Shown here piece by piece: positions 37,852 to 47,891 of a DNA stretch of 64,000 nt. The stretch covers positions 56,253 to 120,252 of the forward strand of contig CANQHA010000006.1 in the NCBI GenBank assembly GCA_947623585.1. Reading direction: 5' to 3'. Source of the stretch: an uncultured Clostridia bacterium (GTDB lineage: Bacteria; Bacillota; Clostridia; Oscillospirales; Ruminococcaceae). Below the pieces are notes generated by a model. The model was not told the origin of the DNA. It saw nothing but the letters and a program-made list of their open reading frames with translations, and ran no database searches. The first letter of the stretch is position 1, and each line of letters starts with the position of its first letter. Made by a program: the position numbers and the translations under genes.

Positions 37852-39222
37852 ATGGCTTTTGAAGGCTTGTCGGAAAAACTGAACAGCGTTTTTAAAAAAC
37901 TTAAAAACCGCGGAAAGCTCTCCGAAGCGGACGTCAAGGCGAGTATGCGCGAGGTTAGGCTCGCGCTTTTGGAGGCCGACGTCAGCTATAAGGTCGTCAA
38001 GGACTTCGTCGCAAAGGTGACCGAGCGCTGCGTCGGCGCAGAGGTGCTTGAAAGCCTCACCCCCGCGCAGCAGGTCATAAAAATCGTCAACGAGGAGCTT
38101 ATTTCGCTCATGGGCGAAAGCAACTCAAAGATAAACTTCCCCTCAAAGCCGCCCTGCGTAATTATGATGTGCGGGCTTCAGGGAAGCGGCAAGACCACCC
38201 ACGCGGCAAAGCTGGCGAAATATTTTAAAGAGCGCGACCACCGGCCGCTGCTTGCGGCCTGCGACATTTACCGCCCCGCCGCCATCGAGCAGTTAAAAAT
38301 CGTCGGCGAGCGAGCCGGAGTGCCGGTTTTTGAAATGGGGCAGACCGATCCCCGAAAGATCGCCGGCGCCGCCCTTAAACACGCCAAAGACTACGGCAAC
38401 GACATTCTTATAATAGATACCGCCGGACGGCTTCAGATCGACGAGGAGCTGATGACCGAGCTTGAAGACATCAAAAAGGTCTCGGAGCCCTCGGAAATTA
38501 TTCTCGTGGTGGACGCTATGACGGGTCAGGAAGCGGTCAACGTCGCAAAGACCTTTGACGAGCGCATAGGGATCGACAGCGTTATTTTGACAAAGCTCGA
38601 TTCCGATACCCGAGGGGGAGCCGCGCTCTCGGTCCTCGCCGCGACCGGAAAGCCGATAAAATTCGTCGGCACCGGCGAAAAGCTCGACGAGTTTGAGGCT
38701 TTTCACCCCGAACGCATGGCTTCAAGAATACTCGGAATGGGCGACGTTCTCTCGCTCATCGAAAAGGCCCAGAACACCATCGACGAAAAGGAAGCCGAAC
38801 GCCTTGCCGACAAAATGCAAAACGGCGGCTTCGATATGAACGACCTGCTCGACCAGATGAGGCAGATCAAAAAAATGGGCTCGCTGCGGTCGCTGCTTTC
38901 AATGATGCCCGGCTCGGGAAAGATCGACGAAAGCCAAATCGACGAAAAACAGGTGCCGAGGACCGAAGCCATCATTCTTTCGATGACCCCCGCCGAGCGC
39001 TCGAAGCCCTCGATAATAAACCCCGCAAGAAAGCGCAGGATAGCCGCCGGAAGCGGCACCAGAGTCGAGGACGTAAACAGGCTTTTAAAGCAGTTCGAGC
39101 AGATGCAAAAGCTGATGAAGCAGATGGGCATTACCGGCTCGGGCAGAAACGGCAAGGGCAAACGCAGAAAAATGCCCGCCCTGCCCAAGGAGCTCATGCA
39201 GGAGCTCAATAACATCAAGTAG
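37852..39222 (+). CDS. ffh: signal recognition particle protein Ffh
   Basis: GLQGSGKTT and DTAGR GTPase motifs; M-rich C-terminal domain. Confidence 0.95.
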   Translation: MAFEGLSEKLNSVFKKLKNRGKLSEADVKASMREVRLALLEADVSYKVVKDFVAKVTERCVGAEVLESLTPAQQVIKIVNEELISLMGESNSKINFPSKPPCVIMMCGLQGSGKTTHAAKLAKYFKERDHRPLLAACDIYRPAAIEQLKIVGERAGVPVFEMGQTDPRKIAGAALKHAKDYGNDILIIDTAGRLQIDEELMTELEDIKKVSEPSEIILVVDAMTGQEAVNVAKTFDERIGIDSVILTKLDSDTRGGAALSVLAATGKPIKFVGTGEKLDEFEAFHPERMASRILGMGDVLSLIEKAQNTIDEKEAERLADKMQNGGFDMNDLLDQMRQIKKMGSLRSLLSMMPGSGKIDESQIDEKQVPRTEAIILSMTPAERSKPSIINPARKRRIAAGSGTRVEDVNRLLKQFEQMQKLMKQMGITGSGRNGKGKRRKMPALPKELMQELNNIK

Positions 39223-39297
39223 GCTTGACGGCGCAAACGCGCAAGTCTTAATCTAAACTTTTCTAACCTTTATATTTTCCGACAGGAGGTGACTAAC

Positions 39298-39540
39298 ATG
39301 GCTGTTAAAATCAGACTGAGAAGAATCGGAGCTAAAAAAGAACCTTTCTACCGCATCGTCGTTGCCGACTCGCGTTATCCCCGCGACGGACGCTTTATCG
39401 AAGAGATAGGCTATTACGACCCCACTGCCGAGCCTGCCGTCCTTAAAGCCGACGCTGAGAAAGCCAAAAAGTGGATCGCGACCGGCGCCCAGCCGACCGA
39501 TACCGTTAAGGCTCTCTTTAAAAAGAACGGTATACTTTAA
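39298..39540 (+). CDS. rpsP: 30S ribosomal protein S16
   Basis: [21 protein letters not shown] from ATG 39298 after AGGAGG. Confidence 0.95.
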   Translation: MAVKIRLRRIGAKKEPFYRIVVADSRYPRDGRFIEEIGYYDPTAEPAVLKADAEKAKKWIATGAQPTDTVKALFKKNGIL

Positions 39541-39573
39541 TTTTAAGCAGAAACCAGAAAGGATTTAAAACAA

Positions 39574-39807
39574 ATGACTGAGCTTTTGAAAAACATCGCC
39601 GCAGGTCTCGTTGACGACAAGTCCGCAGTTGAGGTCTCGGTTGACGAGCCGAATGAAGAGGGCGTTATCGTCTATCACCTCCACGTCGCCCCCGACGATA
39701 TGGGCAGAGTTATCGGCAAGCAGGGAAGGATCGCCAAGGCGATAAGAACCCTGATGCGCTCCGCCGCCGCCAAGGTCAATCAGGAGATCATGGTGGAGAT
39801 CGACTAA
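39574..39807 (+). CDS. KH-domain RNA-binding protein (YlqC/UPF0109)
   Basis: GRVIGKQGRIAKAIRTL KH motif, between rpsP and rimM. Confidence 0.85.
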   Translation: MTELLKNIAAGLVDDKSAVEVSVDEPNEEGVIVYHLHVAPDDMGRVIGKQGRIAKAIRTLMRSAAAKVNQEIMVEID

Positions 39808-39858
39808 AAAAGCGCGCGGCTCAATTTGCGTTGAGCCGCATATTTTTTTGTGAGGATT

Positions 39859-40365
39859 ATGAAAAAATATCTCGAAATTGCAAAAGCCGTATCCGTTCAC
39901 GGGATCAAAGGAGAGATCAACGCCCTCGCATGGTGCGACTCGCCCGAGATACTCTGCCGGCTGAAAAAACTTTATTCAAAGGACGGCGCGTCACGGTTTG
40001 AGGTCGAACGCGCAAGGCCGAAGGGCAGCGGCTCGGCGATAATCAAACTCAAAGGCGTCGATTCGCCCGAGGCCGCGCAGACCCTCAGAAACACCGTTTT
40101 TTACGCCGACAGAGAGGATATGCCGCTTCCCCGGGGAACATATTTTATCGCCGACCTGATCGGAATGGAGGTATTTTCTGATGGGGGCAAGCCCCTCGGA
40201 AAAATAACCGACGTTTTGGAGACCGGCGCAAACGACGTCTATGAGATAACCGACGGCGGCAAAAAATTCTATATTCCAGCGATACCCTCGGTGGTGCTCA
40301 GCACCGACGTCGAGGGCGGAAAAATGACGGTATACCCTATGGAGGGACTTTTTGATGAGAATTGA
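39859..40365 (+). CDS. rimM: 16S rRNA processing protein RimM
   Basis: Synteny. HGIKGEI and PRC-barrel C-terminus. ATG 39859 after GAGGA. Confidence 0.85.
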   Translation: MKKYLEIAKAVSVHGIKGEINALAWCDSPEILCRLKKLYSKDGASRFEVERARPKGSGSAIIKLKGVDSPEAAQTLRNTVFYADREDMPLPRGTYFIADLIGMEVFSDGGKPLGKITDVLETGANDVYEITDGGKKFYIPAIPSVVLSTDVEGGKMTVYPMEGLFDEN

Positions 40366-41116
40366 CATCGCAACGCTTTTTCCGGATATCTGCGAGACCT
40401 ACCTCGGGCAGAGCATCGTCGGCAGGGCTCGCGATAAGGGCGTTTTTGAGCTTTATTGCCACCAGATCCGCGATTACGCCTTTGACAAGCACCACCGCGT
40501 AGACGACACCCCCTATTCCGAAAGGCAGGGTATGCTTCTTTTGGCCGAGCCTATCTGGCAGTGCTACAAGGCGGTCGTCGGCGAAAGAACTCCCCATGTC
40601 ATATATATGTCTCCCCGCGGAAAGACCCTCGACCAGAACAAGCTGAAACAGCTTGCCGCCGAGAAGCAGGACCTCTTTATCCTATGCGGGCATTACGAGG
40701 GCGTTGACCAGCGGGTGCTCGACAAACTTTGCGCCGAGGAGATATCTATCGGCGACTTCGTTCTCACCGGCGGCGAGCTGCCCGCAATGATTCTTGCCGA
40801 CGGCGTGGTGCGGCTTCTTGACGGCACCCTCTCTCAGGAGGACTGCTTTGTTGACGAAAGCCATTACAGCGGATTGCTTGAATACCCCCAGTATACCAAG
40901 CCTCAGATTTGGCAGGATATGCAGGTGCCGGACGTGCTCATTTCGGGGCACCACGCGAATATAATGAAATGGCGGCGGCAAAAATCGCTTGAAGAAACAT
41001 ATTTGAGGCGGCCCGAGCTTCTTGAGACCGCTCCCCTCACCGACCAGGACCGCGCTTATCTCTCCGAGCTCAGGGCGAGATATGAAGATATGCCGCGGTT
41101 TTTAGAACAGAAATAA
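40355..41116 (+). CDS. trmD: tRNA (guanine37-N1)-methyltransferase
   Basis: MRIDIATLFPD start; GHYEGVDQR and SIGDFVLTGGE motifs. Confidence 0.95.
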   Translation: MRIDIATLFPDICETYLGQSIVGRARDKGVFELYCHQIRDYAFDKHHRVDDTPYSERQGMLLLAEPIWQCYKAVVGERTPHVIYMSPRGKTLDQNKLKQLAAEKQDLFILCGHYEGVDQRVLDKLCAEEISIGDFVLTGGELPAMILADGVVRLLDGTLSQEDCFVDESHYSGLLEYPQYTKPQIWQDMQVPDVLISGHHANIMKWRRQKSLEETYLRRPELLETAPLTDQDRAYLSELRARYEDMPRFLEQK

Positions 41117-41339
41117 ATTTGTTTTGGTCAATATGCTATTATATGCCAAAAACTATTTAGCAAAATGCACAATTTGCCGCCTCGAGATTTGGCACGCACT
41201 TGGCAAATGGCAGAAATTTGCCCCAAAATCCCGATTTCATCATATTTGTCCGTTGACTAAGCGCTCCAAAGTTTGTATACTAACAATCACGATATCCGAT
41301 AAAAGTCAACTTAGAATTTCTTGAAACGGAGAGTAAGTT

Positions 41340-41612
41340 ATGTTTGTTAGAGATGTAGTCGTAAAAAATCAGATTGGTCTTCATGCCCGCCCCGCTACCT
41401 TCTTCATCCAGAAAGCGAACGAATTCAAGTCCTCTATCTGGGTCGAAAAGGAAGAGCGCCGCGTTAACGGCAAAAGCCTTCTCGGCGTTTTGTCGCTCGG
41501 CATTATCGGAGGCACCGGCATTCGCATTATTGCCGACGGAGCCGACGAGGAAACCGCTGTTTCCAGCCTCGTATCTTTGGTAGACAGCGAATTCGCCGAG
41601 GAAGCAAGATAA
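41340..41612 (+). CDS. ptsH: HPr-family phosphocarrier protein
   Basis: GLHARPA (His15 context) and GKSLLGVLSLG (Ser46 context). Confidence 0.85.
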   Translation: MFVRDVVVKNQIGLHARPATFFIQKANEFKSSIWVEKEERRVNGKSLLGVLSLGIIGGTGIRIIADGADEETAVSSLVSLVDSEFAEEAR

Positions 41613-41644
41613 TTCTGAAAACATAAAACGACAAAATGAGAATG

Positions 41645-41695
41645 ACAGACGGCTCGTTTTTTCGACGGGTCGTCTGTATTTTGTTGCTTTTTTAC
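41645..41695 (+). terminator. intrinsic terminator after HPr gene
   Basis: ACAGACG...CGTCTGT stem followed by ATTTTGTTGCTTTTTT. Confidence 0.7.
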
Positions 41696-41914
41696 AGAAA
41701 ACGGGCTTATTTTAACCGATAAATTTCCATGTTGGTGATTCTGTATAAAAAAAGCGTGCTTTTTTTGTTGTATTCACACTTTATTAACACATTGGCAAAA
41801 AAATAATGATATAATCTTTGAGTATAGATAAATAGCGCGTTTTAGCGGCGTTTTTGTCATCAAAAAGCCGGCAGCAAAACGGAAACAAAATTTATTTTGC
41901 AGGGAGTAAGATAT

Positions 41915-43000
41915 ATGCCTAACAGATTTTTCCAAGGTATTGTTCACCAGATGAGTGAGACCGTCGGCTGTGAGATCGGTGTTGTTGACGAGGGCGCCGT
42001 TGTTGTTGCGTGCAGCGATCTTTCAAAGATCGGCACCGCAAACGAATTCGTTTCGCTCGACCTTAACGAGACCTTCGACTATTTCGTGAGGGACGGTTAC
42101 ACCTATAAGCCGTTCGGAACAAAGGTCAAAAACGAGTACGCCGTTTTTGTCGAGGGGACCGACGAATCCGCCTATAAGACCGCTTCGATGCTTTGCGTCT
42201 CGCTTGCCAATCTCCAGCAGTTCTATGACGAAAAATACGACCGCACCAACTTCGTCAAAAACGTCGTGCTTGACAATATTCTGCCCGGAGACATCATGAT
42301 CAAAGCGAGGGAGCTTCACTTCAACAACGAGGCTCACCGCGTCGTTTTGCTGATTAGAATAGTCTCGGCGAACGACGTTTCGGCTTTCGACGTCATTCAG
42401 AACCTCTTCCCCGACAAGAACAAGGACTTTGTTTTCACCACCTCCGAGACCGATATCGTTCTCATCAAGGAGGTAAGACAGGGCATTGAGCTTGCCGACC
42501 TTGAAAAGCTGGCGTTCTCAATCGCCGATACCCTTTCAAGCGAATTCTATACGAGAGTAAACGTCGGAATCGGCACCGTCGTCGATTCGGTGCGCGCTCT
42601 TGCGGTCTCGTTCAAAGAGGCTCAGATCGCCCTCGAGGTCGGAAAGGTGTTCGACACCGACAAGACCATCATCAGCTATGAAAACCTCGGCATAGCAAGG
42701 CTTATCTATCACCTGCCCACCACCCTTTGCGAGACTTTTTTGCGCGAAGTCTTCAAAAAAGGCTCGATAGAATCGCTCGATCAGGAGACGCTTTTCACCA
42801 TTCAGAAGTTCTTTGAGAACAACCTCAACGTATCCGAGACCTCGCGCAAGCTGTTCGTTCACAGAAACACCCTCGTTTACCGCCTTGAAAAGATCAAGAA
42901 GCTGACGGGGCTCGATCTGCGCGAGTTTGACCATGCCATAATCTTCAAGATCGCGCTCATGGTCAAAAAATATCTCTCCTCCGAGCCGACCAAATACTGA
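41915..43000 (+). CDS. PucR/CdaR-family transcriptional regulator
   Basis: C-terminal PucR HTH (SETSRKLFVHRNTLVYRLEKIKKLTGLD). Confidence 0.75.
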   Translation: MPNRFFQGIVHQMSETVGCEIGVVDEGAVVVACSDLSKIGTANEFVSLDLNETFDYFVRDGYTYKPFGTKVKNEYAVFVEGTDESAYKTASMLCVSLANLQQFYDEKYDRTNFVKNVVLDNILPGDIMIKARELHFNNEAHRVVLLIRIVSANDVSAFDVIQNLFPDKNKDFVFTTSETDIVLIKEVRQGIELADLEKLAFSIADTLSSEFYTRVNVGIGTVVDSVRALAVSFKEAQIALEVGKVFDTDKTIISYENLGIARLIYHLPTTLCETFLREVFKKGSIESLDQETLFTIQKFFENNLNVSETSRKLFVHRNTLVYRLEKIKKLTGLDLREFDHAIIFKIALMVKKYLSSEPTKY

Positions 43001-43037
43001 TTTCGCCTTATTTCCCGAAAGGAGACTGCTTCAACAA

Positions 43038-43745
43038 ATGGTTGAATTCCGCAACGTTTCATATACATATCCGAACGGTCAGCACGCGCTCAGCCACGTC
43101 AACCTCAAAATCGAGGACAATGAGTTCGCCTTTGTGGTCGGCGCAAACGGCGCCGGAAAATCCACGCTTATAAAGCTCATTCTCCGCGAGCTGAATGCCA
43201 CCGAGGGCGAAGTTATCGTCAACGGCTTTAACCTTTCAAAGATGAAACAGAGAAAGATCCCGAAACTGCGCCGCACTATCGGCGTGGTTTTTCAGGATTT
43301 CAGACTTATTCCGAACATGACCGTTTATGACAACGTGGCTTTCGCCCTCAGAGTCATCGACGCGCCGACAAAATATATCCGCTCGCGGGTGCCTTATGTC
43401 ATAAGCCTTGTCGGGCTGACCGCAAAGGCAAAATCCTATCCGAACGACCTTTCGGGAGGAGAACAGCAGCGCGTTGCCCTTGCGAGGGCGCTTGTGAACG
43501 ACCCGCAGCTCATCATCGCCGACGAGCCGACCGGAAACGTCGACCCCGCAAGGAGCTTTGAGATCGTCGATCTTCTGAAAGCCATAAACGAGTGCGGCAC
43601 CACCGTTATGATGGTAACGCACCAGCACGAGCTCGTCAGATATTTCGGCGGCAGGATAATAAACATCAACACCGGCGCCATTGTTTTTGACGAGATAATC
43701 GCAGGCTCGGCCGCTTTGGACGACGAAACGGAGGGCGGCGAATGA
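43038..43745 (+). CDS. ftsE: cell division ATP-binding protein FtsE
   Basis: Walker A GANGAGKST, LSGGEQQR, Walker B IIADEPTG. Followed by ftsX. Confidence 0.9.
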   Translation: MVEFRNVSYTYPNGQHALSHVNLKIEDNEFAFVVGANGAGKSTLIKLILRELNATEGEVIVNGFNLSKMKQRKIPKLRRTIGVVFQDFRLIPNMTVYDNVAFALRVIDAPTKYIRSRVPYVISLVGLTAKAKSYPNDLSGGEQQRVALARALVNDPQLIIADEPTGNVDPARSFEIVDLLKAINECGTTVMMVTHQHELVRYFGGRIININTGAIVFDEIIAGSAALDDETEGGE

Positions 43746-44647
43746 GACTTAACAGCTTCAAATATCTTGTAAAACAGGGGTTTTCGGGCCTGTGGTTCAA
43801 CAGGGTCAATTCGTTTGCCTCGCTTTGCGTAATGACGATATCTCTTTTAATGGTCGGAATTTCGGTGCTCGTCAGCTTTAACGTCACCAAAATGATCGGA
43901 GCTATCGAAAGCCGCAACGAGGTCATCGTCGTTATTAAGGACGGCACCCCCGAAAACAATATCACCCTTTTGGGAAGCCAGCTTTCCTCGAACCCGAACG
44001 TCTTTGAGGTCAACTATTACTCCCGCGACGAGGCTTTGGCCGGAATGCAGGAGGGCATGACCGAGGACGAAAAAAGCCTTTTCCAGTTTATGAGCGAAAA
44101 CCCGCTGCCCGACTGCTATCGCATAAGAGTGAGCGATATAGACAAGCTGTCGGACACCGTAAATCAGATTCAGCAGCTTGAATTCGTCGAGCAGGTGCAG
44201 TCGCCCAACGACTTTGCAAACATTCTCACAAGCATAAGAAACGTAAGCGCGATACTATTCTCGGCGGTAACGCTGTCGCTTATAATCGTCTGCTTCGTTA
44301 TCATATCCAACTCAACAAGGGCGAGCGTTTATGCGCGGCGCCGCGAAATAAGCATAATGCGCTATGTCGGCGCGTCAAAATCCTTCGTCGAGATACCCTT
44401 CTTCGTCGAGGGCTTGGTCATCGGCGTGGTTTCCGCCGCAATAGCCTTCGGGCTGACATGGTTTGCCTATTCGGAAATTTTCAGTATGTTCACTACCGAC
44501 ATGAATATGCTCTCGATATTCGGACTTACCGCGATAATACCGTTTGAATCTATCGCGGTGAGGATAGCGATCGCATATGTTTTGGTCGGGATCATTCTAA
44601 GCGCGGTCGGCACAGTTATCTCAACACGCAAACACCTTAAAGCGTGA
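43742..44647 (+). CDS. ftsX: cell division permease-like protein FtsX
   Basis: 4-TM protein with a large first extracellular loop; overlaps the ftsE stop. Confidence 0.9.
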   Translation: MRLNSFKYLVKQGFSGLWFNRVNSFASLCVMTISLLMVGISVLVSFNVTKMIGAIESRNEVIVVIKDGTPENNITLLGSQLSSNPNVFEVNYYSRDEALAGMQEGMTEDEKSLFQFMSENPLPDCYRIRVSDIDKLSDTVNQIQQLEFVEQVQSPNDFANILTSIRNVSAILFSAVTLSLIIVCFVIISNSTRASVYARRREISIMRYVGASKSFVEIPFFVEGLVIGVVSAAIAFGLTWFAYSEIFSMFTTDMNMLSIFGLTAIIPFESIAVRIAIAYVLVGIILSAVGTVISTRKHLKA

Positions 44648-44667
44648 TACTCGGAAAGGAGTCAGCT

Positions 44668-45984
44668 TTGAAATTCAGAAAATTCCTAAAACCGCTTTTC
44701 TCAATAATGACAGCCTCCGCCATCGCCCTTTCGGTGATGACCTGCGCGGGCCCGCTTTCGGTGACCGTTGAGGCCGACGAGCAGGAAGAGCTTGAAAAAC
44801 AGCTCAAAGACTTTGCCAAAAAGCGCGAAGAGACCGAAGCGAAGATAAAAGAGACAAAAAAGGATATTTCAAAGGAAAAGGAAAATCAGGAGGCTATCTC
44901 GGAGCAGATAGAGACCACCGAGGAATATATCCGCGTGCTCGTCGAGCTTATCCATGAAATTCAAGATGAGATCGACGCCCTTGAAGACGAGATCGGCGCA
45001 CTTGAGGGCGACATCGAGATCCAAAAGGCTAAAATTCAGAACAAGCGCGAGGAGATCGACGAGAACATAAAAATTTATGAGCGCCAGCTTCGGGCAATGT
45101 ATCTTTCGGGGAACGACTCTGTCGCCTCGATAGTTTTGGGAGCGACGGATTTTTTCGACCTTTTGATGAAAATCGAACTGATAAAGCGCGTCAGCGGATA
45201 TAACAACGACGTTATCCAAACGCTTCTTGACATTAAGGCGGAATATGAAGCCGCGCAGCTCGACCTTGAAAATCAGGTCGCCTCGCTTGAGGAGCTCGTT
45301 GAGATAAACGAGGAGAAAAAGGCCGAGCAGGAGGCTCACAAGGCCGACTGGGACGAAAAATTGGCCGAGCTTCAGGAGCTTTATTCCGAATCGTCGGCGG
45401 CTATAAGCGAGCTGAAGGAGCTTCAGAACGGCTATGAAGAAGACGCCGAATTCTATGAAAAGCAGGAAAAGGAACTCGACGAGAAGATAAAGGAACTGAT
45501 ACGCCAAAAGGCGCGCGCAAACTATATGGGCGACCTTGAAGAGGGAACCTTCCTTTGGCCGCTGCCGGGATATTACACCATAACCTCGGGCTACGGCAGC
45601 CGCTGGGGCACCACCCACCGCGGAATAGACATCTCGGGCTCAAACGTTATGGGCGCCGATATCACCGCGGCAAACTCGGGCGAGGTAATATTCGTTTACA
45701 ACGGCTGCTCGCATAACTACGGCAAAAAATCCTCGAAATTCTGCCACTGCGGAGGCGGCTTCGGCAACTATTGCATAATCGACCACGGCGGCGGATATCA
45801 GACCGTTTACGGCCACGCGACAAAGATCACCGTCAAAGAGGGACAGATGGTCAAGACCGGAGACGTTATCGGAACCGTCGGCTCTACCGGAGATTCGACC
45901 GGCGCTCATCTTCACTTTGAGGTCAGGATCGACGGCGAAAGGGTCGATCCGCAGGGCTCTAAGGTAAATCTCATTAAATATTAG
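44668..45984 (+). CDS. coiled-coil M23 (LytM-type) peptidoglycan hydrolase, likely FtsEX partner
   Basis: TTG 44668 lies 6 nt after GGAAAGGAG (alternative GTG 44644). Signal peptide and about 250 aa of coiled coil. HRGID (HxxxD) and HLHFE (HxH) motifs present. Confidence 0.8.
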   Translation: MKFRKFLKPLFSIMTASAIALSVMTCAGPLSVTVEADEQEELEKQLKDFAKKREETEAKIKETKKDISKEKENQEAISEQIETTEEYIRVLVELIHEIQDEIDALEDEIGALEGDIEIQKAKIQNKREEIDENIKIYERQLRAMYLSGNDSVASIVLGATDFFDLLMKIELIKRVSGYNNDVIQTLLDIKAEYEAAQLDLENQVASLEELVEINEEKKAEQEAHKADWDEKLAELQELYSESSAAISELKELQNGYEEDAEFYEKQEKELDEKIKELIRQKARANYMGDLEEGTFLWPLPGYYTITSGYGSRWGTTHRGIDISGSNVMGADITAANSGEVIFVYNGCSHNYGKKSSKFCHCGGGFGNYCIIDHGGGYQTVYGHATKITVKEGQMVKTGDVIGTVGSTGDSTGAHLHFEVRIDGERVDPQGSKVNLIKY

Positions 45985-45995
45985 GACTGGGATAA

Positions 45996-47198
45996 ATGAA
46001 CCGAAAAATACCCCTTGGGCTGACGATAGCTTTAATGGCCATCGCCGCCGCGATCACCTTCATAATATCCACAAGCTATTCAATGAGCATCTTCAATAAA
46101 CTTGTCGCCGATGTTCAGCAGCGAGCCGAAATGTATCAGAAGCTCGAACAGATCGACGCGTATGTGCGCCAGTATTATGACGGCACAATCGACGAGGATA
46201 AGCTCATCGAAGCCCTTGCGAACGGCTATATCTCGATACTTGAGGACGCCGACGCAAGATATCTCACGGCTCGGGAATATTCCCTTTACCGCGAGGCTCA
46301 AAGCGGCACGCACATCGGAATCGGCGTTTATACATATGAGGACGGCGGATATCCCGCAGTCAGGCAGGTGCTTTCAAACAGCCCCGCCTCCGCCGCGGGT
46401 ATCTCGGTCGGCGAAAGCATCGTTGAGATAAACGGTCAAAGCGCCCTCGACCTCGGATATGACGCCGCCGAATCGCTTCTGCGCTCAAATTCGGGCACTC
46501 AGCTCGAGCTGACCGTCAGGTCCTCGGGCGAGGACCGCACCGTCATCGTCTCCACAACTCAGATGAACATCGCCACCGTCGAATCCACCCTTTACGGAAA
46601 CGTCGGCAGGCTGAAAATAAGCGGCTTCAGCGAGAAGACGTTCCAGCAGTTCTCGGCGGCTTATTCGTCGTTCAGCTCTCAGGGGATAAAGGGGCTCATC
46701 ATCGACCTGCGAAACAACGACAGCGAGCTTTTCGACCCTGCAGTAAACATTCTCAGCGCGATTTTGCCCTCGGGTTCAAACACCGCGATAAAAATCGACC
46801 GTAGCGGCGCAGAATCGGTCTATGAAAAAGCGGTCGGCTCGATGACGATAAATTTACCCATCTGCGTTATAGTGAATTCTCGCACCTCAGGCCCCGCCGA
46901 GCTTTTTGCCGCAGCTCTTAAAGATTATCTCGGAGCGTCGGTGGTCGGCGCAGGCACCTCGGGCAACGCCGATCTGTTTGAATCCTATCCGCTTTACGAC
47001 GGCACCGCGATAGTTCTTCCGACGGCTACGCTTCGCACCGACAATATCGAGATAAGCGGCGTCGGGATAAAGCCCGACTATGAAGCCGCGACGGCTTTTG
47101 ACGACACCGACGAGCAGCTTGCGCTTCTGAACGAAAACGACGACCCCGCCCTGAAGCGCGCGCTCGAAATTGTCACCAGCCTGATACCGGCGGAATAA
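45996..47198 (+). CDS. S41-family C-terminal processing peptidase with PDZ domain
   Basis: TM helix plus PDZ plus S41 architecture (GLIIDLRNN, SGPAELFAAALKD). Confidence 0.8.
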   Translation: MNRKIPLGLTIALMAIAAAITFIISTSYSMSIFNKLVADVQQRAEMYQKLEQIDAYVRQYYDGTIDEDKLIEALANGYISILEDADARYLTAREYSLYREAQSGTHIGIGVYTYEDGGYPAVRQVLSNSPASAAGISVGESIVEINGQSALDLGYDAAESLLRSNSGTQLELTVRSSGEDRTVIVSTTQMNIATVESTLYGNVGRLKISGFSEKTFQQFSAAYSSFSSQGIKGLIIDLRNNDSELFDPAVNILSAILPSGSNTAIKIDRSGAESVYEKAVGSMTINLPICVIVNSRTSGPAELFAAALKDYLGASVVGAGTSGNADLFESYPLYDGTAIVLPTATLRTDNIEISGVGIKPDYEAATAFDDTDEQLALLNENDDPALKRALEIVTSLIPAE

Positions 47199-47351
47199 AA
47201 AGCATAAAATAGGCTTCCCTAAAAGCCTCTCAATAAGAAAATAATGCCGCATAGTCGCAAAAAGCCGCCAACAAAAAAGTCGGCGGCTTTGTCAGATTAT
47301 GCGGGTTTGTTTTTTAAAGAGGGGCTGAGGAAGCCTTTTTTTGACGCCTTT

Positions 47352-47822
47352 TTACTGAGCGTTCATGCCGTCGGTATCTATTCCGAGCGAGGCAAGCCAC
47401 GCTTCAAGGTCTTCTATCTCCTCCCACTCGACCACTTCGGTCTCATCGTCCTCTGAATCGGGCTCGGGCGCTTCGGTAGACGGCTTCTCGGTGGAAGATT
47501 CGGAAGGCGCGGTGCTTGAGGAGGTCGGCGCGGTGGTCGAAACGGTGGTCGGCTCGGTCGTCTCCTCGGGCGCAGAGGTGCTTTCGGGGGCTTCCGAAGC
47601 GGAAGATTCGGTAGAAGCCGGTGTCGGCTCGCTTAATGTTGCGGGGGGCAGAGTTTCGGCCGCTGTCGGAAGCGTTTCGCCCAAGACGTCCTCGGACACG
47701 ATTGAGGGCAGGCTCTCGCCCGCGGGGTCCGACGATTCAAGGGGTTCGCCGCCCGCCGGGCCGCAAGCCGAAAAGGCCGTTAAAACCGCCAGCAGCGCTG
47801 CTAATAAAACTGCTCTTTTCAT
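47352..47822 (-). CDS. low-complexity S/T/E/P-rich lipoprotein
   Basis: MKRAVLLAALLAVLTAFSACG lipobox; acidic C-terminus. Confidence 0.55.
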   Translation of the reverse strand: MKRAVLLAALLAVLTAFSACGPAGGEPLESSDPAGESLPSIVSEDVLGETLPTAAETLPPATLSEPTPASTESSASEAPESTSAPEETTEPTTVSTTAPTSSSTAPSESSTEKPSTEAPEPDSEDDETEVVEWEEIEDLEAWLASLGIDTDGMNAQ

Positions 47823-47891
47823 ATTTTTTCCTTTCAACTATCGCACGGCAAAAAATACTCCGCCGAGACACGACGGAGACTTTTTATTGAA

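Noticed and set aside
41189-41205. Sigma-54-like motif TGGCACG-cact-TGGCA about 135 nt upstream of the HPr gene, within a cluster of TTGGCA/TTTGCC words
   Set aside because: The -12 element deviates from TTGCW. No enhancer-binding protein or rpoN is visible in the window. A good sigma-A promoter (41254-41282) lies closer to the gene. The match may reflect a simple local repeat (GGCAAA-N9-TTTGCC dyad).
41124-41324. 66-aa ORF in the position where rplS is expected after trmD
   Set aside because: The sequence (MVNMLLYAKNYLAKCTICRLEIWH...) bears no resemblance to L19. It has no RBS and overlaps the HPr promoter.
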